Positions 27,682 through 37,192 of a stretch of DNA of 64,000 bases are shown piece after piece. The position numbers and the translations under genes were made by a program. The DNA lies in the IMG/VR virus record IMGVR_UViG_3300045988_100686, positions 1-64,000 of that record; one strand, given 5' to 3'. The first letter of the stretch is position 1, and each line of letters starts with the position of its first letter. A model generated the notes under the pieces. It saw nothing but the letters and a program-made list of their open reading frames with translations. It was not told the origin of the DNA and did no database searches. This stretch comes from a virus.

Positions 27682-28545
27682 ATGAATGTTAAATTAATGA
27701 ACGATCTGGTTGTAAAGTATAGCTTAGAAAAAATTGGGCAATTCGCTTCAATCTGTAAGAACGGAGAGTTGCCACCGCGCGAACAACTCATTAAAATTGG
27801 TAAATCTTGTATGAGACAAGGTCATTTTAGTACATGCCGTGGAATTATGTGGAACTTTCAAATCACAGGAATTTCAAGAGTATGTTCACATCAACTCGTG
27901 CGTCATCATGTCGGTGTTGCTATTAATCAGGCCAGCAATGTTTACCAAGAAGCTAACACCAATGTTGTACTACCATATACAGTACAAGGAGCTTGTGGTA
28001 ATGACACCGATTTAGAGCATGAAATCAAAGATCTTTTTGATAAGAGTCAACGAATCTATGCAAAATTGCGTGAACGTGGTATTAGCACGAGTGACTCTAG
28101 GTACTTGCTGCCACAGGGACTGGAGACTAGTATCAACATTGCGTTAACCCCAGAGGCACTGATCCATCTATGTCATGAACGTTTATGTTCTAAAGCACAA
28201 TGGGAGATTCGTGGTGTAGTACAACGAATGGTAAAACAAATTATAAAAATTGAACCATTCTGGGAAGAGCTATTAGTGCCTAAATGTATGTATCTGCATG
28301 GATGTCCGGAAGCACTAGGATGTGGTTACTATAATTCCAAGGTAAACATGACTAATGTGGGGGAACCTGTAGCTCACATTGAACAGAGACTAAATGTATT
28401 TAAATGTGACTCCTGCGGACGCCAGTTGATGCACAAAGATGACGATCAAGTTCCAATTGTTAAAGTTGGCGATAAGCAGTGGTGCAGGGAATGCTATAGA
28501 AAACACAATGAAGAAATAACAAGAGGTACAAATGATTACTATTAA
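27682..28545 (+). CDS. thyX: flavin-dependent thymidylate synthase ThyX with C-terminal zinc-ribbon extension
   Basis: ATG at 27682 after AAGGAGG. ThyX core motifs: RHH-x7-S (RHR-x7-S family signature, one substitution), SRYLLP, conserved AQWEI. C-terminal CDSCG...CRECY. The track start at 27583 is not supported. Confidence 0.7.
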   Translation: MNVKLMNDLVVKYSLEKIGQFASICKNGELPPREQLIKIGKSCMRQGHFSTCRGIMWNFQITGISRVCSHQLVRHHVGVAINQASNVYQEANTNVVLPYTVQGACGNDTDLEHEIKDLFDKSQRIYAKLRERGISTSDSRYLLPQGLETSINIALTPEALIHLCHERLCSKAQWEIRGVVQRMVKQIIKIEPFWEELLVPKCMYLHGCPEALGCGYYNSKVNMTNVGEPVAHIEQRLNVFKCDSCGRQLMHKDDDQVPIVKVGDKQWCRECYRKHNEEITRGTNDYY

Positions 28546-28768
28546 ACAACTAATACAAATACTGGAAGAGATTGAATCAAAATATGAATCCGACACTCAC
28601 ATATGTATACAAACAGTTGAACCAAGAACTAAGAAGGTAATTTACAGCAATTATCTTCAGCTGGGGAGCAACAGGGCAAATAAGACAACAGTGGTAAACA
28701 CAGTTGCGATAAGAAAATGGTGCAGAGATTACCTTAAGGAGGAAGTAGCAGAGGATAACAATGATTGA
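28532..28768 (+). CDS. small hypothetical protein, paralog A
   Basis: Shares an alignable N-terminal segment with the adjacent ORF (the '*IC*Q**********K*IY***L' pattern in finding 15). Confidence 0.45.
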   Translation: MITIKQLIQILEEIESKYESDTHICIQTVEPRTKKVIYSNYLQLGSNRANKTTVVNTVAIRKWCRDYLKEEVAEDNND

Positions 28769-28946
28769 TGTAGGTGAACTAATAGATATTCTAGAAAAGA
28801 TTCAGTCAGAATACGGATCTGATGCCACTGTTTGTATTCAACTATATGATCGTAACACCAAGAAGTTAATCTACGGTGATCATCTTCTTGGAGTACATAT
28901 TAGGAAAGACGGGACAACAGTTCTATCTAATAGAAAGGGGGAATAA
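28761..28946 (+). CDS. small hypothetical protein, paralog B
   Basis: Tandem duplicate of the 28532 ORF. Confidence 0.45.
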   Translation: MIDVGELIDILEKIQSEYGSDATVCIQLYDRNTKKLIYGDHLLGVHIRKDGTTVLSNRKGE

Positions 28947-28947
28947 C

Positions 28948-29757
28948 ATGCTTGATGATTATTTAGATGAGCTAGGTACATTAGACGAGGCACTAGACTC
29001 TGAAGATACCTCTGAGAGCTCCAGAATTGACTCTACAGAAGACAATCCAGCTTACCCTATAGAAGACATAGATCCAAAGAAAATAGTCTTCTGTAAGTCT
29101 TGTAAGAAGCGTACAGTACATATCAAGACAATCGACGGAGAATGCCTTACATGTGCATTTAAACGTTTACGTAGACTTGAAAGTGAACTAAGTACGCTAC
29201 ATCAGTTGCAAGGTAAGCGCGAGTACTGCATAATGGATGGGCATAGAGAGATCAGTAAGAATAAGTTGTTCCCTGACTGGAATGGTAAGTTCGTGATTAA
29301 CGGTGTGGAACTATACCCAGTACAGCCACTATGTAGTCAATGTCTTACCAAGTTAACAGCGTATTTCATTTACTTCTTAGAAGAACGTGGAATAATGCGT
29401 AGAGCTCCTGGGCATAAGGATAATCTTTTTGGAGACCCTTATAATACTAAAATGACAATCCTTGAGGAACAGGATGCCAAGGTAAGACTTCAGAAATTTA
29501 TTCAGTCAATCGATCTTTACGTGCTCGATAGGCAAAGCCCTTTGTCTGGTCTTTATAAGACTCTGCGCCTGCGTCAGCGGGCGTTGTTAAAAAGAGAGGC
29601 GGTGAAGAAAAAGAAATGCCTAGAAGAAAAGTCACAGCAGAGCCAGCTCAAGAACCAGAGCCAAAGCGAAGAACAAGAAAACAAAAGGAACCAGAAATCC
29701 CAGTATGTGGAATCTGTGGACGACAAAAGCAGCGAGGGAACCCCTTACACAAAGTAG
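28948..29757 (+). CDS. hypothetical protein with zinc ribbon and low-complexity Q/S/E-rich C-terminus
   Basis: ATG at 28948 after AGGGGG; the track start at 28876 overlaps the upstream gene. Confidence 0.5.
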   Translation: MLDDYLDELGTLDEALDSEDTSESSRIDSTEDNPAYPIEDIDPKKIVFCKSCKKRTVHIKTIDGECLTCAFKRLRRLESELSTLHQLQGKREYCIMDGHREISKNKLFPDWNGKFVINGVELYPVQPLCSQCLTKLTAYFIYFLEERGIMRRAPGHKDNLFGDPYNTKMTILEEQDAKVRLQKFIQSIDLYVLDRQSPLSGLYKTLRLRQRALLKREAVKKKKCLEEKSQQSQLKNQSQSEEQENKRNQKSQYVESVDDKSSEGTPYTK

Positions 29758-29939
29758 TCCTTGATTTCCAAGTAGATAATACTGGGTACTCCTACAACGA
29801 TTACATGTGTAAGGAGTGTTTGGAATATTTCCCGGGATTTTTAGCTGGTTCACTATACTTTGGAGGACTTGCAACTAACAAGGGCAAGCTTAGCAATTTC
29901 ATGCTGCCTCCAGTACAGTTGACACTACAAAAAAGATAA
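29616..29939 (+). CDS. possible overlapping or frameshift-accessed ORF encoding a basic zinc-finger segment
   Basis: Alternative frame overlapping the last 140 nt of the previous gene. Encodes CGICGRQ...CKEC. Confidence 0.3.
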   Translation: MPRRKVTAEPAQEPEPKRRTRKQKEPEIPVCGICGRQKQRGNPLHKVVLDFQVDNTGYSYNDYMCKECLEYFPGFLAGSLYFGGLATNKGKLSNFMLPPVQLTLQKR

Positions 29940-29993
29940 ATTCATGGCCTCTAGGATTAGTACCCTAGGGGCCTTTTAATTGGAGAGATTATC

Positions 29994-30578
29994 ATGCAAA
30001 CAAAACCAATAAATGTCAAACGATACAAAGAGTACATAGGAAAGAAATATGGACATCTTACAATTGTAAACATATTTGATCCAGGACTTGATGTAATCCC
30101 ACATGTAGCTATGGCGGAGTGCCTATGTGATTGTGGAAACCATGTAGTTTATAGGTTAAGCAAGGTTACTAGTGCGTCCATTACAACCTGCAAAAATTGT
30201 CCATCACCATACGAAAAATATGTTGGACAAAAATTTAAACATTTAACTTTGTTACAGATACTACCGAATAGAGATGACAACGGATGTATTCTATGCAAAT
30301 GCAAGTGTGACTGTGGACGGGAAGTAACTTATCGTGCAACGGTTGTAATCCAAGGTAAACTACCCACTTGTGGGTGCAATATAGATCGCAAAAAACCAAC
30401 AGAAAATAAGTCTAAGATGTGTTGGAGATGTCCATATACATTTCCTGGGTGTATTTGGTCAGACGTGAAAAAACGATGTTGCAAGGAATGTCCCACTCCC
30501 TGTCCTAATAAGTGCCTAAATATACCAGAAAAATGTGGAGCGGTAAGGATTTCCAAGTCTACACAGGAGGACTACTAA
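29994..30578 (+). CDS. tandem zinc-ribbon repeat protein (G-x-L-T-[IL] ... C-x-C-x-C-G ... C-x-x-C, twice) with Cys-rich tail
   Basis: Two internal repeats, YIGKKYGHLTIV...CLCDCGN...CKNC and YVGQKFKHLTLL...CKCKCDCGRE...CGC. The pattern resembles proteins I recall from Firmicutes phages and sometimes labelled HNH; I cannot name or verify a family. Confidence 0.5.
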   Translation: MQTKPINVKRYKEYIGKKYGHLTIVNIFDPGLDVIPHVAMAECLCDCGNHVVYRLSKVTSASITTCKNCPSPYEKYVGQKFKHLTLLQILPNRDDNGCILCKCKCDCGREVTYRATVVIQGKLPTCGCNIDRKKPTENKSKMCWRCPYTFPGCIWSDVKKRCCKECPTPCPNKCLNIPEKCGAVRISKSTQEDY

Positions 30579-30580
30579 CT

Positions 30581-30871
30581 ATGTTGCACACTGATATGAC
30601 TAAGAAAACAACTTCATTCATCGAAATACTAGTTTCAAAAGACGAGCAGATAAAAATACCACAGCTACTACCAGGTAGTATATATAATATAGCATTCTAT
30701 TCATTTTTATATATTGGGAATCGTATTATAAAGAATTACAACAATCCAAATAATAACAAAGTAGACGTTTGCTATATATGTATATTGGATCCACTTAAAG
30801 TAATACATATTGAGGTTCAAGATCAGAAAGAAGTCAACAATAACTTTTATCGTCGAGTTCTACTATGCTAA
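30581..30871 (+). CDS. small hypothetical protein
   Basis: ATG at 30581 after GGAGG. Confidence 0.4.
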   Translation: MLHTDMTKKTTSFIEILVSKDEQIKIPQLLPGSIYNIAFYSFLYIGNRIIKNYNNPNNNKVDVCYICILDPLKVIHIEVQDQKEVNNNFYRRVLLC

Positions 30872-30891
30872 AGTGCAGAAGGAGTAACCAA

Positions 30892-31128
30892 ATGTTCAAA
30901 GAACTAAGAATTCAAAAAGCAAAAAAAACTCTTGCAACATTACTGCTCGGGCAAGTGTATACTAACCATGAGTATGTTTTGCTTTACATAGGTCTTTCTC
31001 CAAGTCGGATGTCTGCAGAATTCAAAATAATAAACACTGATCCTATCGGTGAACTTAAAGCAATGGGCAATTATACCAAGCCGAACATGAAGTTTATAGG
31101 ATCACTAAGTAGAATATTATTGTGTTAA
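30892..31128 (+). CDS. small hypothetical protein
   Basis: ATG after GAAGGAG. Confidence 0.4.
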   Translation: MFKELRIQKAKKTLATLLLGQVYTNHEYVLLYIGLSPSRMSAEFKIINTDPIGELKAMGNYTKPNMKFIGSLSRILLC

Positions 31129-31140
31129 GAAGGTGACTAT

Positions 31141-31407
31141 ATGAGATTTATTGAATTTCATAAACAAAAAAATGCTTATGGAGATATACTGTGTGTGCCA
31201 ATTATTCATGTAAGCCATTCGGAAAGAGAATATTTGGCAACGATTATTAGAGACACAGACATAGGCTATCCTGGAGCGAAAAAGAAACTAATATTTCAGC
31301 TCTATACTGCAATTTCACATGAAGATGTAAAAGATCCTGTAAACCATTGGGTAACTATTCCATGTAATATTAGAAACAGGGATTTAATTGGTGGTATGAT
31401 TTCCTAG
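31141..31407 (+). CDS. small hypothetical protein
   Basis: Track ORF. Confidence 0.4.
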   Translation: MRFIEFHKQKNAYGDILCVPIIHVSHSEREYLATIIRDTDIGYPGAKKKLIFQLYTAISHEDVKDPVNHWVTIPCNIRNRDLIGGMIS

Positions 31408-31462
31408 TGGACATTCTGGTAAGAAACTGATATAATAAAATACATATAGGAGGTACAGATAT

Positions 31463-32215
31463 ATGATATTCTTAACAGGCGATACCCACGGATTTCACGA
31501 CGCTGACAAAATTTTCAAACTCTCTAGTAGGATACCAAGGATAACAGAAGATAAAGAGAACTACTTGATAGTTGCAGGAGACTTCGGATGTATTTGGAGG
31601 TACCCAGAACACGCTAATCTGAAGATAAACTCTAATGATCTCCACACTATTGAGTACATTTATGAAGATGCTCCATTTATCACTCTCTTTGTGGACGGAA
31701 ACCATGAAAATCACGTTGTACTCAATCAGCTCCCGGTTTCTAAAAAGTGGGGTGGATGTGTACATCAGTTGACACCTTATTGTTACCACTTAATGCGGGG
31801 TGAAGTGTTTACCATTCAAGATAAAACATTTTTAGCTATGGGTGGTGCATTATCCGTAGATAAAGACCTACGTAAAGAAGGTGCGAGTTGGTGGACAGAA
31901 GAGTTAATCTATCAGAAGGATTATGATAATGCTATGAACAACATGGCTAAACATAATAATACTGTAGATTACATAGTTACTCATACGTGCCCAACACCAG
32001 TAGCCATTGAACTCGAAAAGGAGCTTCCACCATACGATACAGGTCTCTGGGGTCATAAGAAAACAGATCAATCATGCCAATTTTTAGAAGATCTACGAAG
32101 GCAAATTCAGTTTAAGGAATGGTTTTTTGGTCATTTCCACGTAATTTCTGATATAACTTATGATAACCATGAATTTCACTGTATGTACAATAATATAAAA
32201 GGAATAACAAGTTAG
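31463..32215 (+). CDS. calcineurin-like metallophosphoesterase
   Basis: Motifs GDTHG, AGDFG and GNHEN. Confidence 0.75.
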   Translation: MIFLTGDTHGFHDADKIFKLSSRIPRITEDKENYLIVAGDFGCIWRYPEHANLKINSNDLHTIEYIYEDAPFITLFVDGNHENHVVLNQLPVSKKWGGCVHQLTPYCYHLMRGEVFTIQDKTFLAMGGALSVDKDLRKEGASWWTEELIYQKDYDNAMNNMAKHNNTVDYIVTHTCPTPVAIELEKELPPYDTGLWGHKKTDQSCQFLEDLRRQIQFKEWFFGHFHVISDITYDNHEFHCMYNNIKGITS

Positions 32216-32228
32216 GAGGTACATAACA

Positions 32229-32831
32229 ATGAAACTAAAATTATGCAAAAGCTTTAAGAAACTTTGGTTACCAAATCCAAAAACTGTAGTAGCAATGCAG
32301 GTAGAGGAGCAGTCTATTGACACGACGCGTAAGCTAGAGTTACTAGTTAAAAAAGGATTCAAGACCTTTATCTGGGACACATCTTATTTACGCTCATACT
32401 GCATAAATGACGCTTGGGTTACACAGCAGTTGTTTTTAAGACTGTATAAACAAAAAGTAAATATTGTATTTCATATTGACGACTCCATTGACTTACTTTC
32501 TTTGGCAGCCATCGGAAATACATATCCAGTATATCTAAACAAATATGCAACCATAGACTTTACATCATATAAAGAATTACCATCTGAACATCGGTCAGAC
32601 GTTAGAATAATGCTTGGGAAACAAGTTCAGTACTTAGAGTTCGCTAATATTAGCAATTCAGATGACCAGGAACTTCCAGCAGTTGAGGCACAAGCCATGA
32701 AGCTTGTTACTGGAATCGGCGATAGCTATTTCACGAAAGTAATAGCAGCAACTTTTCTCCCGCAGCCTAGAGAAGTTGACAATGCAAAATTCTCACGTAT
32801 TGAAGATCTTTTAGATGACTACCTTTATTAA
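32229..32831 (+). CDS. hypothetical protein
   Basis: Track ORF with AGGAGG ribosome-binding site. Confidence 0.5.
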   Translation: MKLKLCKSFKKLWLPNPKTVVAMQVEEQSIDTTRKLELLVKKGFKTFIWDTSYLRSYCINDAWVTQQLFLRLYKQKVNIVFHIDDSIDLLSLAAIGNTYPVYLNKYATIDFTSYKELPSEHRSDVRIMLGKQVQYLEFANISNSDDQELPAVEAQAMKLVTGIGDSYFTKVIAATFLPQPREVDNAKFSRIEDLLDDYLY

Positions 32832-34650
32832 ACGTGGAGAAAACCTAGTATTTAAACTAGGAGTACAGGGTGTTGAAAGACTTAAAAAGGTCCTTCGACA
32901 CCTTGTATATAACAAGAAAACAAAGCTATGGGAAACGCGGGCTTCCATATCTGTTTTTCTTGATCTGTATACTAAAGTACCCAAGTTATTGAATTCTAAA
33001 GACCCAGAAACAATACTTTGGGTAACACACATGAAATCCCTATACCCAAGATTACATGATATTCAGCAGGGAATAGCAAAGATTACTTTGCCAGACACAA
33101 TTGATTATGTGCTTAAGCCTTACAAGCACCAGATGGAAGCCATTGCATTCGCACTTTATATAAATAAATGTGCTCTTTGGCTAGACATGGGATTAGGTAA
33201 GACATATACAGCAATAACATTGGCTAAGATACGTCATTCGCAACGGCATTTCGGAGGCGTAAACAGAGTATTGGTTGTTGCGCCAAGATCTTTGTTATAT
33301 CAATGGGAAACAGAAATAAAAAGGTTAGTGAAGTCTGCAGAAGTATTTTCTATAGTTGGCACTCCTTATCAGAAGGAGAGAGCAATAGAGAAAATAGCTG
33401 CAGCAGATGGGTTTACTTGGACCCTAATTAGTTATGAATCTGTTGGTAATGTATATGATGAATTAGTAGCCTTAAATCATGATATGTTTATCTTAGATGA
33501 GGCAACAAAAATAAAGAATCCTAAAGCAAAGCGTACAGAGAAAACAGTTGATCTCTGCAACACTATCCGTTATGGTGTTGAGCTAACAGGAATGGCTTAC
33601 GTAAACTCTCCACTAGACCTATTTAGTCAGTTTAGTGCAATTGATCCAACCGTGTTTGGCGTAAACTCATATGTATTTTCCCATAGATACATAAACTACG
33701 CTAACATGACATTTGGAAAAATTATTCTTGGGTATAAGAACATGGAGGAACTGAAGTCACGTAGTTATTTAGCTGCATTCGCTAGAACAAAAGACCAGTG
33801 TCTTGATCTTCCAGCTCGTGTATACCAAGTGCGAAAGCTACCTGTAAATGAAGACCAGTATAAGTGGTATACGAGTCTTTTAGATCAGCTTGCACAGTCT
33901 AAGGATGGTACAGGAAACTATCAACAGACGTATGTGGTTGCATTGCTGGAAAAGTTTACCCAGATTACATCAGGTTTTATTCTTACAGATGACCATGAAT
34001 ACATCTGGTTGGACAGCCCAAAGTACGCCGAAGCATGGGATATAATTTCCAATTCCAAAGAAAAATTTATTATATGGGCAAGACATACTTACACACTTAA
34101 AAAACTTGCAGCATATTTCACTGGAAAAGAAAGGAACAAATGTAAATTAAATGTGCAAGTTCTTGATCGTCATTCATCAGCATCTGCAAGGCAGTATATA
34201 AAAGAGCAGTTTAAGAATGGAAATATTGATGTTCTTATCCTCCAGCTACAGTCCGAGTGTCGTGGTAATGACTTTACGTGTCAGACTTCAAGTGTTAGCA
34301 GTATTTTCTTTGAAAACTCTGCTAGTATTGAAGAACGTAGTCAGGCGGAAGATAGACAACATCGTATTGGTATGGTTGGAACAGCTCTCTATATTGACCT
34401 AGTATGTGAAGATACCTATGATGAAGGCATTCAAGTATTACTTGAGGGGAAGAAAACAATCACATCATATATTAGAGAACAGAACCTACAGATTCTTCTT
34501 GGTTCTGGTGGAACAATAGCGGTAAAGAAGAGCAGATCACAGAAGCGACCTAAATCACCGTCCGAGGTTGCTCAACGTGTAGCAAAGGCTGAAGAAGAGG
34601 CACAAGATTTTTCTGAGATTGAAGGAATGGAGACATTTAATGACCAATAA
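32815..34650 (+). CDS. SNF2-family DNA-dependent ATPase/helicase
   Basis: Motifs LDMGLGKT, DEATKIKN, SAT-like LTGMAYVNSPLDLFSQF, plus a helicase-C region. Confidence 0.75.
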   Translation: MTTFIKRGENLVFKLGVQGVERLKKVLRHLVYNKKTKLWETRASISVFLDLYTKVPKLLNSKDPETILWVTHMKSLYPRLHDIQQGIAKITLPDTIDYVLKPYKHQMEAIAFALYINKCALWLDMGLGKTYTAITLAKIRHSQRHFGGVNRVLVVAPRSLLYQWETEIKRLVKSAEVFSIVGTPYQKERAIEKIAAADGFTWTLISYESVGNVYDELVALNHDMFILDEATKIKNPKAKRTEKTVDLCNTIRYGVELTGMAYVNSPLDLFSQFSAIDPTVFGVNSYVFSHRYINYANMTFGKIILGYKNMEELKSRSYLAAFARTKDQCLDLPARVYQVRKLPVNEDQYKWYTSLLDQLAQSKDGTGNYQQTYVVALLEKFTQITSGFILTDDHEYIWLDSPKYAEAWDIISNSKEKFIIWARHTYTLKKLAAYFTGKERNKCKLNVQVLDRHSSASARQYIKEQFKNGNIDVLILQLQSECRGNDFTCQTSSVSSIFFENSASIEERSQAEDRQHRIGMVGTALYIDLVCEDTYDEGIQVLLEGKKTITSYIREQNLQILLGSGGTIAVKKSRSQKRPKSPSEVAQRVAKAEEEAQDFSEIEGMETFNDQ

Positions 34651-34662
34651 GGGGGAATAATA

Positions 34663-35544
34663 ATGGAGTGGACAAAGTATAATTTAAATAATTATGAAGC
34701 GTCTACTGGTGTTGAAGACAACATCGTAGAAGAATGTCAGGAAGACACTTGGACTATTCTTGATGCATTAAATATTGCTGTAAAGAAAATAAATGCAGAT
34801 GAAGTAACACCTGCAGAGTATTTTAATATTTTAAAATCACAAAAACATAAAATATCTAATAACGCATTAAATAAGAGTTACGATGCTTGTTTACAGTTAG
34901 CAGATAAATATGCTAAATTAGGTCAGTTGGCTGGGCTAAAACGCATTGGATTCCAAATGGCATGTATTATTCAGGAACGTAAACTCATTGAAACAGGAAT
35001 TACAACCTACGTATATAAAGAAGACGTGATGACTTATATTGATAAGGTAAAAGATAAAAGCATAAAAATCTGTTATCTTAAAGACTATGAACGCGAGATC
35101 CCGGATGAAGTAAGTGAGACAATTCTGTCAGTTAAAGATATCTTTGATGAATTCGTTGTTATCTACACAGACTATACCATTAAGGAAACCATGAAAACAA
35201 AGGCATTCATAGAACACAAAGAAAAAGACCCTATAGTATTTGGTATTTTTACTGACAAAGAGAACATTTTCACCTTAGATCGTCTGTATTACATTGCTGA
35301 TTGGGTAGACGAATACTGTGATCTAACACTTGACAAACTTGTAGAAGAATACAAAACTATGACCGATAGACACATCACAAGAACCATGTCTACACCACTT
35401 ACACTTGAGGATGTTAAAGAGAAGATTAAGTGCCTTGAGGCAAAGGATGCGTCTAGTGGAGTCTATAAGGTTACAGATTATACACCAAGTAAAAATAAGA
35501 CGTTCTTTGAAAAAGTATCTACGTTCTTTAGCAGAAAGGATTAA
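34663..35544 (+). CDS. hypothetical protein
   Basis: Track ORF. Confidence 0.5.
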   Translation: MEWTKYNLNNYEASTGVEDNIVEECQEDTWTILDALNIAVKKINADEVTPAEYFNILKSQKHKISNNALNKSYDACLQLADKYAKLGQLAGLKRIGFQMACIIQERKLIETGITTYVYKEDVMTYIDKVKDKSIKICYLKDYEREIPDEVSETILSVKDIFDEFVVIYTDYTIKETMKTKAFIEHKEKDPIVFGIFTDKENIFTLDRLYYIADWVDEYCDLTLDKLVEEYKTMTDRHITRTMSTPLTLEDVKEKIKCLEAKDASSGVYKVTDYTPSKNKTFFEKVSTFFSRKD

Positions 35545-35588
35545 GCAACTTCTACTATAGTAATGGGAATATAAGAGGAGGTAAAAGT

Positions 35589-35771
35589 ATGAGTCCTAAG
35601 GAGTTATATGAGTGGGCGTTGGATCACAACGCTGAAGATTGCAAAATAGAATTTATGTGTTTCAACGGTAGCAGTGATTACAAGCTTCTAACAATGAAAG
35701 ATTTGGGAATATCTAAGCATTTAAACGGATCACCAGAAACAGTGTTACTAAATCTGAATAAGGGAATATAA
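35589..35771 (+). CDS. small hypothetical protein
   Basis: GAGGAGG ribosome-binding site. Confidence 0.4.
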   Translation: MSPKELYEWALDHNAEDCKIEFMCFNGSSDYKLLTMKDLGISKHLNGSPETVLLNLNKGI

Positions 35772-35784
35772 GGAGGAATTTAAA

Positions 35785-36141
35785 ATGTCTTGGGATTGTG
35801 TAGTAGTTTACAAAGATACTAAAGAAGACGTAAAGCTTGATAAGCCAATAGATTTAAAAGGAGGAACATACAATGTATTTGGTACAGATATTCTGTGGCT
35901 AAACGTTACTTACAACTACTCCCAGTCCTATAGAAAGAAGCTACCTGAGAGCCTACGAAGTTTAGATGGAATGGATGTAAAGGAGTCCATCCCAATTCTA
36001 CAAGACTTGGCGGATAGTCTTGGAGATGATAAAACGTCTAATTACTGGGAGCCAACAGAAGGAAACGCAAAAGCTGCACTCATGAAGTTGATTAAATTAG
36101 CTGAACTGGCACCAGACAATACAATGTGGGAGGTTGATTAA
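35785..36141 (+). CDS. hypothetical protein
   Basis: AAGGAGG ribosome-binding site. Confidence 0.45.
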   Translation: MSWDCVVVYKDTKEDVKLDKPIDLKGGTYNVFGTDILWLNVTYNYSQSYRKKLPESLRSLDGMDVKESIPILQDLADSLGDDKTSNYWEPTEGNAKAALMKLIKLAELAPDNTMWEVD

Positions 36142-36143
36142 CA

Positions 36144-36440
36144 GTGGAAACTTTAATCCCAAGTACTGCCATTCAAGCTGCAATGATTATTATTGAGGTT
36201 ACTCTTTTAATCTTGATTATTATAAGCATACAGGTATCACGAGCAATAGTTGATAAAACCAAACATAATGAATACAACGTCTCTAACAGCATTCCAAAAT
36301 TCACATACACTACGTTAAAGATAACTAAGGAGGTACAAAATGATGACAAAAAAGCAGAAAGTACTAGTAGGATTAGCGTTGATGTTGACACTAATGGCAA
36401 CATTACCTCCCAAACAACTACCAGAGTACCAAAACCCTGA
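36144..36440 (+). CDS. small membrane protein (N-terminal TM helix)
   Basis: GTG start 10 nt after GGGAGG; hydrophobic IIIEVTLLILIIISI segment. Confidence 0.35.
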   Translation: METLIPSTAIQAAMIIIEVTLLILIIISIQVSRAIVDKTKHNEYNVSNSIPKFTYTTLKITKEVQNDDKKAESTSRISVDVDTNGNITSQTTTRVPKP

Positions 36441-36792
36441 TTTACCAAAGTCTATGCAAATACGCTGGCCTACTTTTTCACAAAAGGTTGCAAATGCGGA
36501 GCAACATCATTACGTATTGCACGTAGTAGCCACAGCATACTGGACACATATTGGAGGGCATGGAATTGCATATGACGGGAATCCAGCAGTAGCATACCGT
36601 ACCCTTGCGGTTGATCCAAATATAATCCCTTTAGGATCAAAGGTGCATGTACCTGGCATTGGTTGGATGCTAGCGCATGACACTGGTAGCTCAATAAAGG
36701 GTAACAGAATTGATATTGCTATGGAATCAAATCAAGCAGCCATTAAGTGGGGAAGAAAAGAGTTGACAGTTACTGTAATTCCGCCACAGTAA
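36340..36792 (+). CDS. secreted YuiC/MltA-like 3D-domain (stationary-phase-survival family) cell-wall protein
   Basis: Signal-peptide-like N-terminus, VATAYW...GG and LAVDPNIIPLGSKVHVPGIG...DTGSSIKGNRIDI. Confidence 0.75.
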   Translation: MMTKKQKVLVGLALMLTLMATLPPKQLPEYQNPDLPKSMQIRWPTFSQKVANAEQHHYVLHVVATAYWTHIGGHGIAYDGNPAVAYRTLAVDPNIIPLGSKVHVPGIGWMLAHDTGSSIKGNRIDIAMESNQAAIKWGRKELTVTVIPPQ

Positions 36793-36808
36793 GAAAGGAG
36801 AGACAAGG

Positions 36809-37009
36809 ATGTATATGACAGTAAGAGACTTAATATCATATGCTATAGAGAATAGGTGTCTAGACTATGAAATTGCCATTGAGGGATGGGATGCTTACGG
36901 TGAGGAAACAACATTTCATCCTGGAGTAGAATGTTTACGTAGTAAACATACAAATGACTACTTAAAAATTTATGTAGATCCCACGTACCAATCAACGGAG
37001 GAAGAATAG
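36809..37009 (+). CDS. small hypothetical protein
   Basis: Track ORF. Confidence 0.4.
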   Translation: MYMTVRDLISYAIENRCLDYEIAIEGWDAYGEETTFHPGVECLRSKHTNDYLKIYVDPTYQSTEEE

Positions 37010-37192
37010 ATGCATAACTACGAGGTTAGCGGCTACAATCTTTTAACTGCAGAATTAGTTATTAAAAGCTATGTATGTAAGTCTTCAGAAGTAGCACGTA
37101 TGCTGTTTCTTCAAGAAAATCCAATGTGTAATGAGGAGATACTTTGTATAAACAAAGATTCTAACAGGATTCAATAAAGGAGGACAATACAA

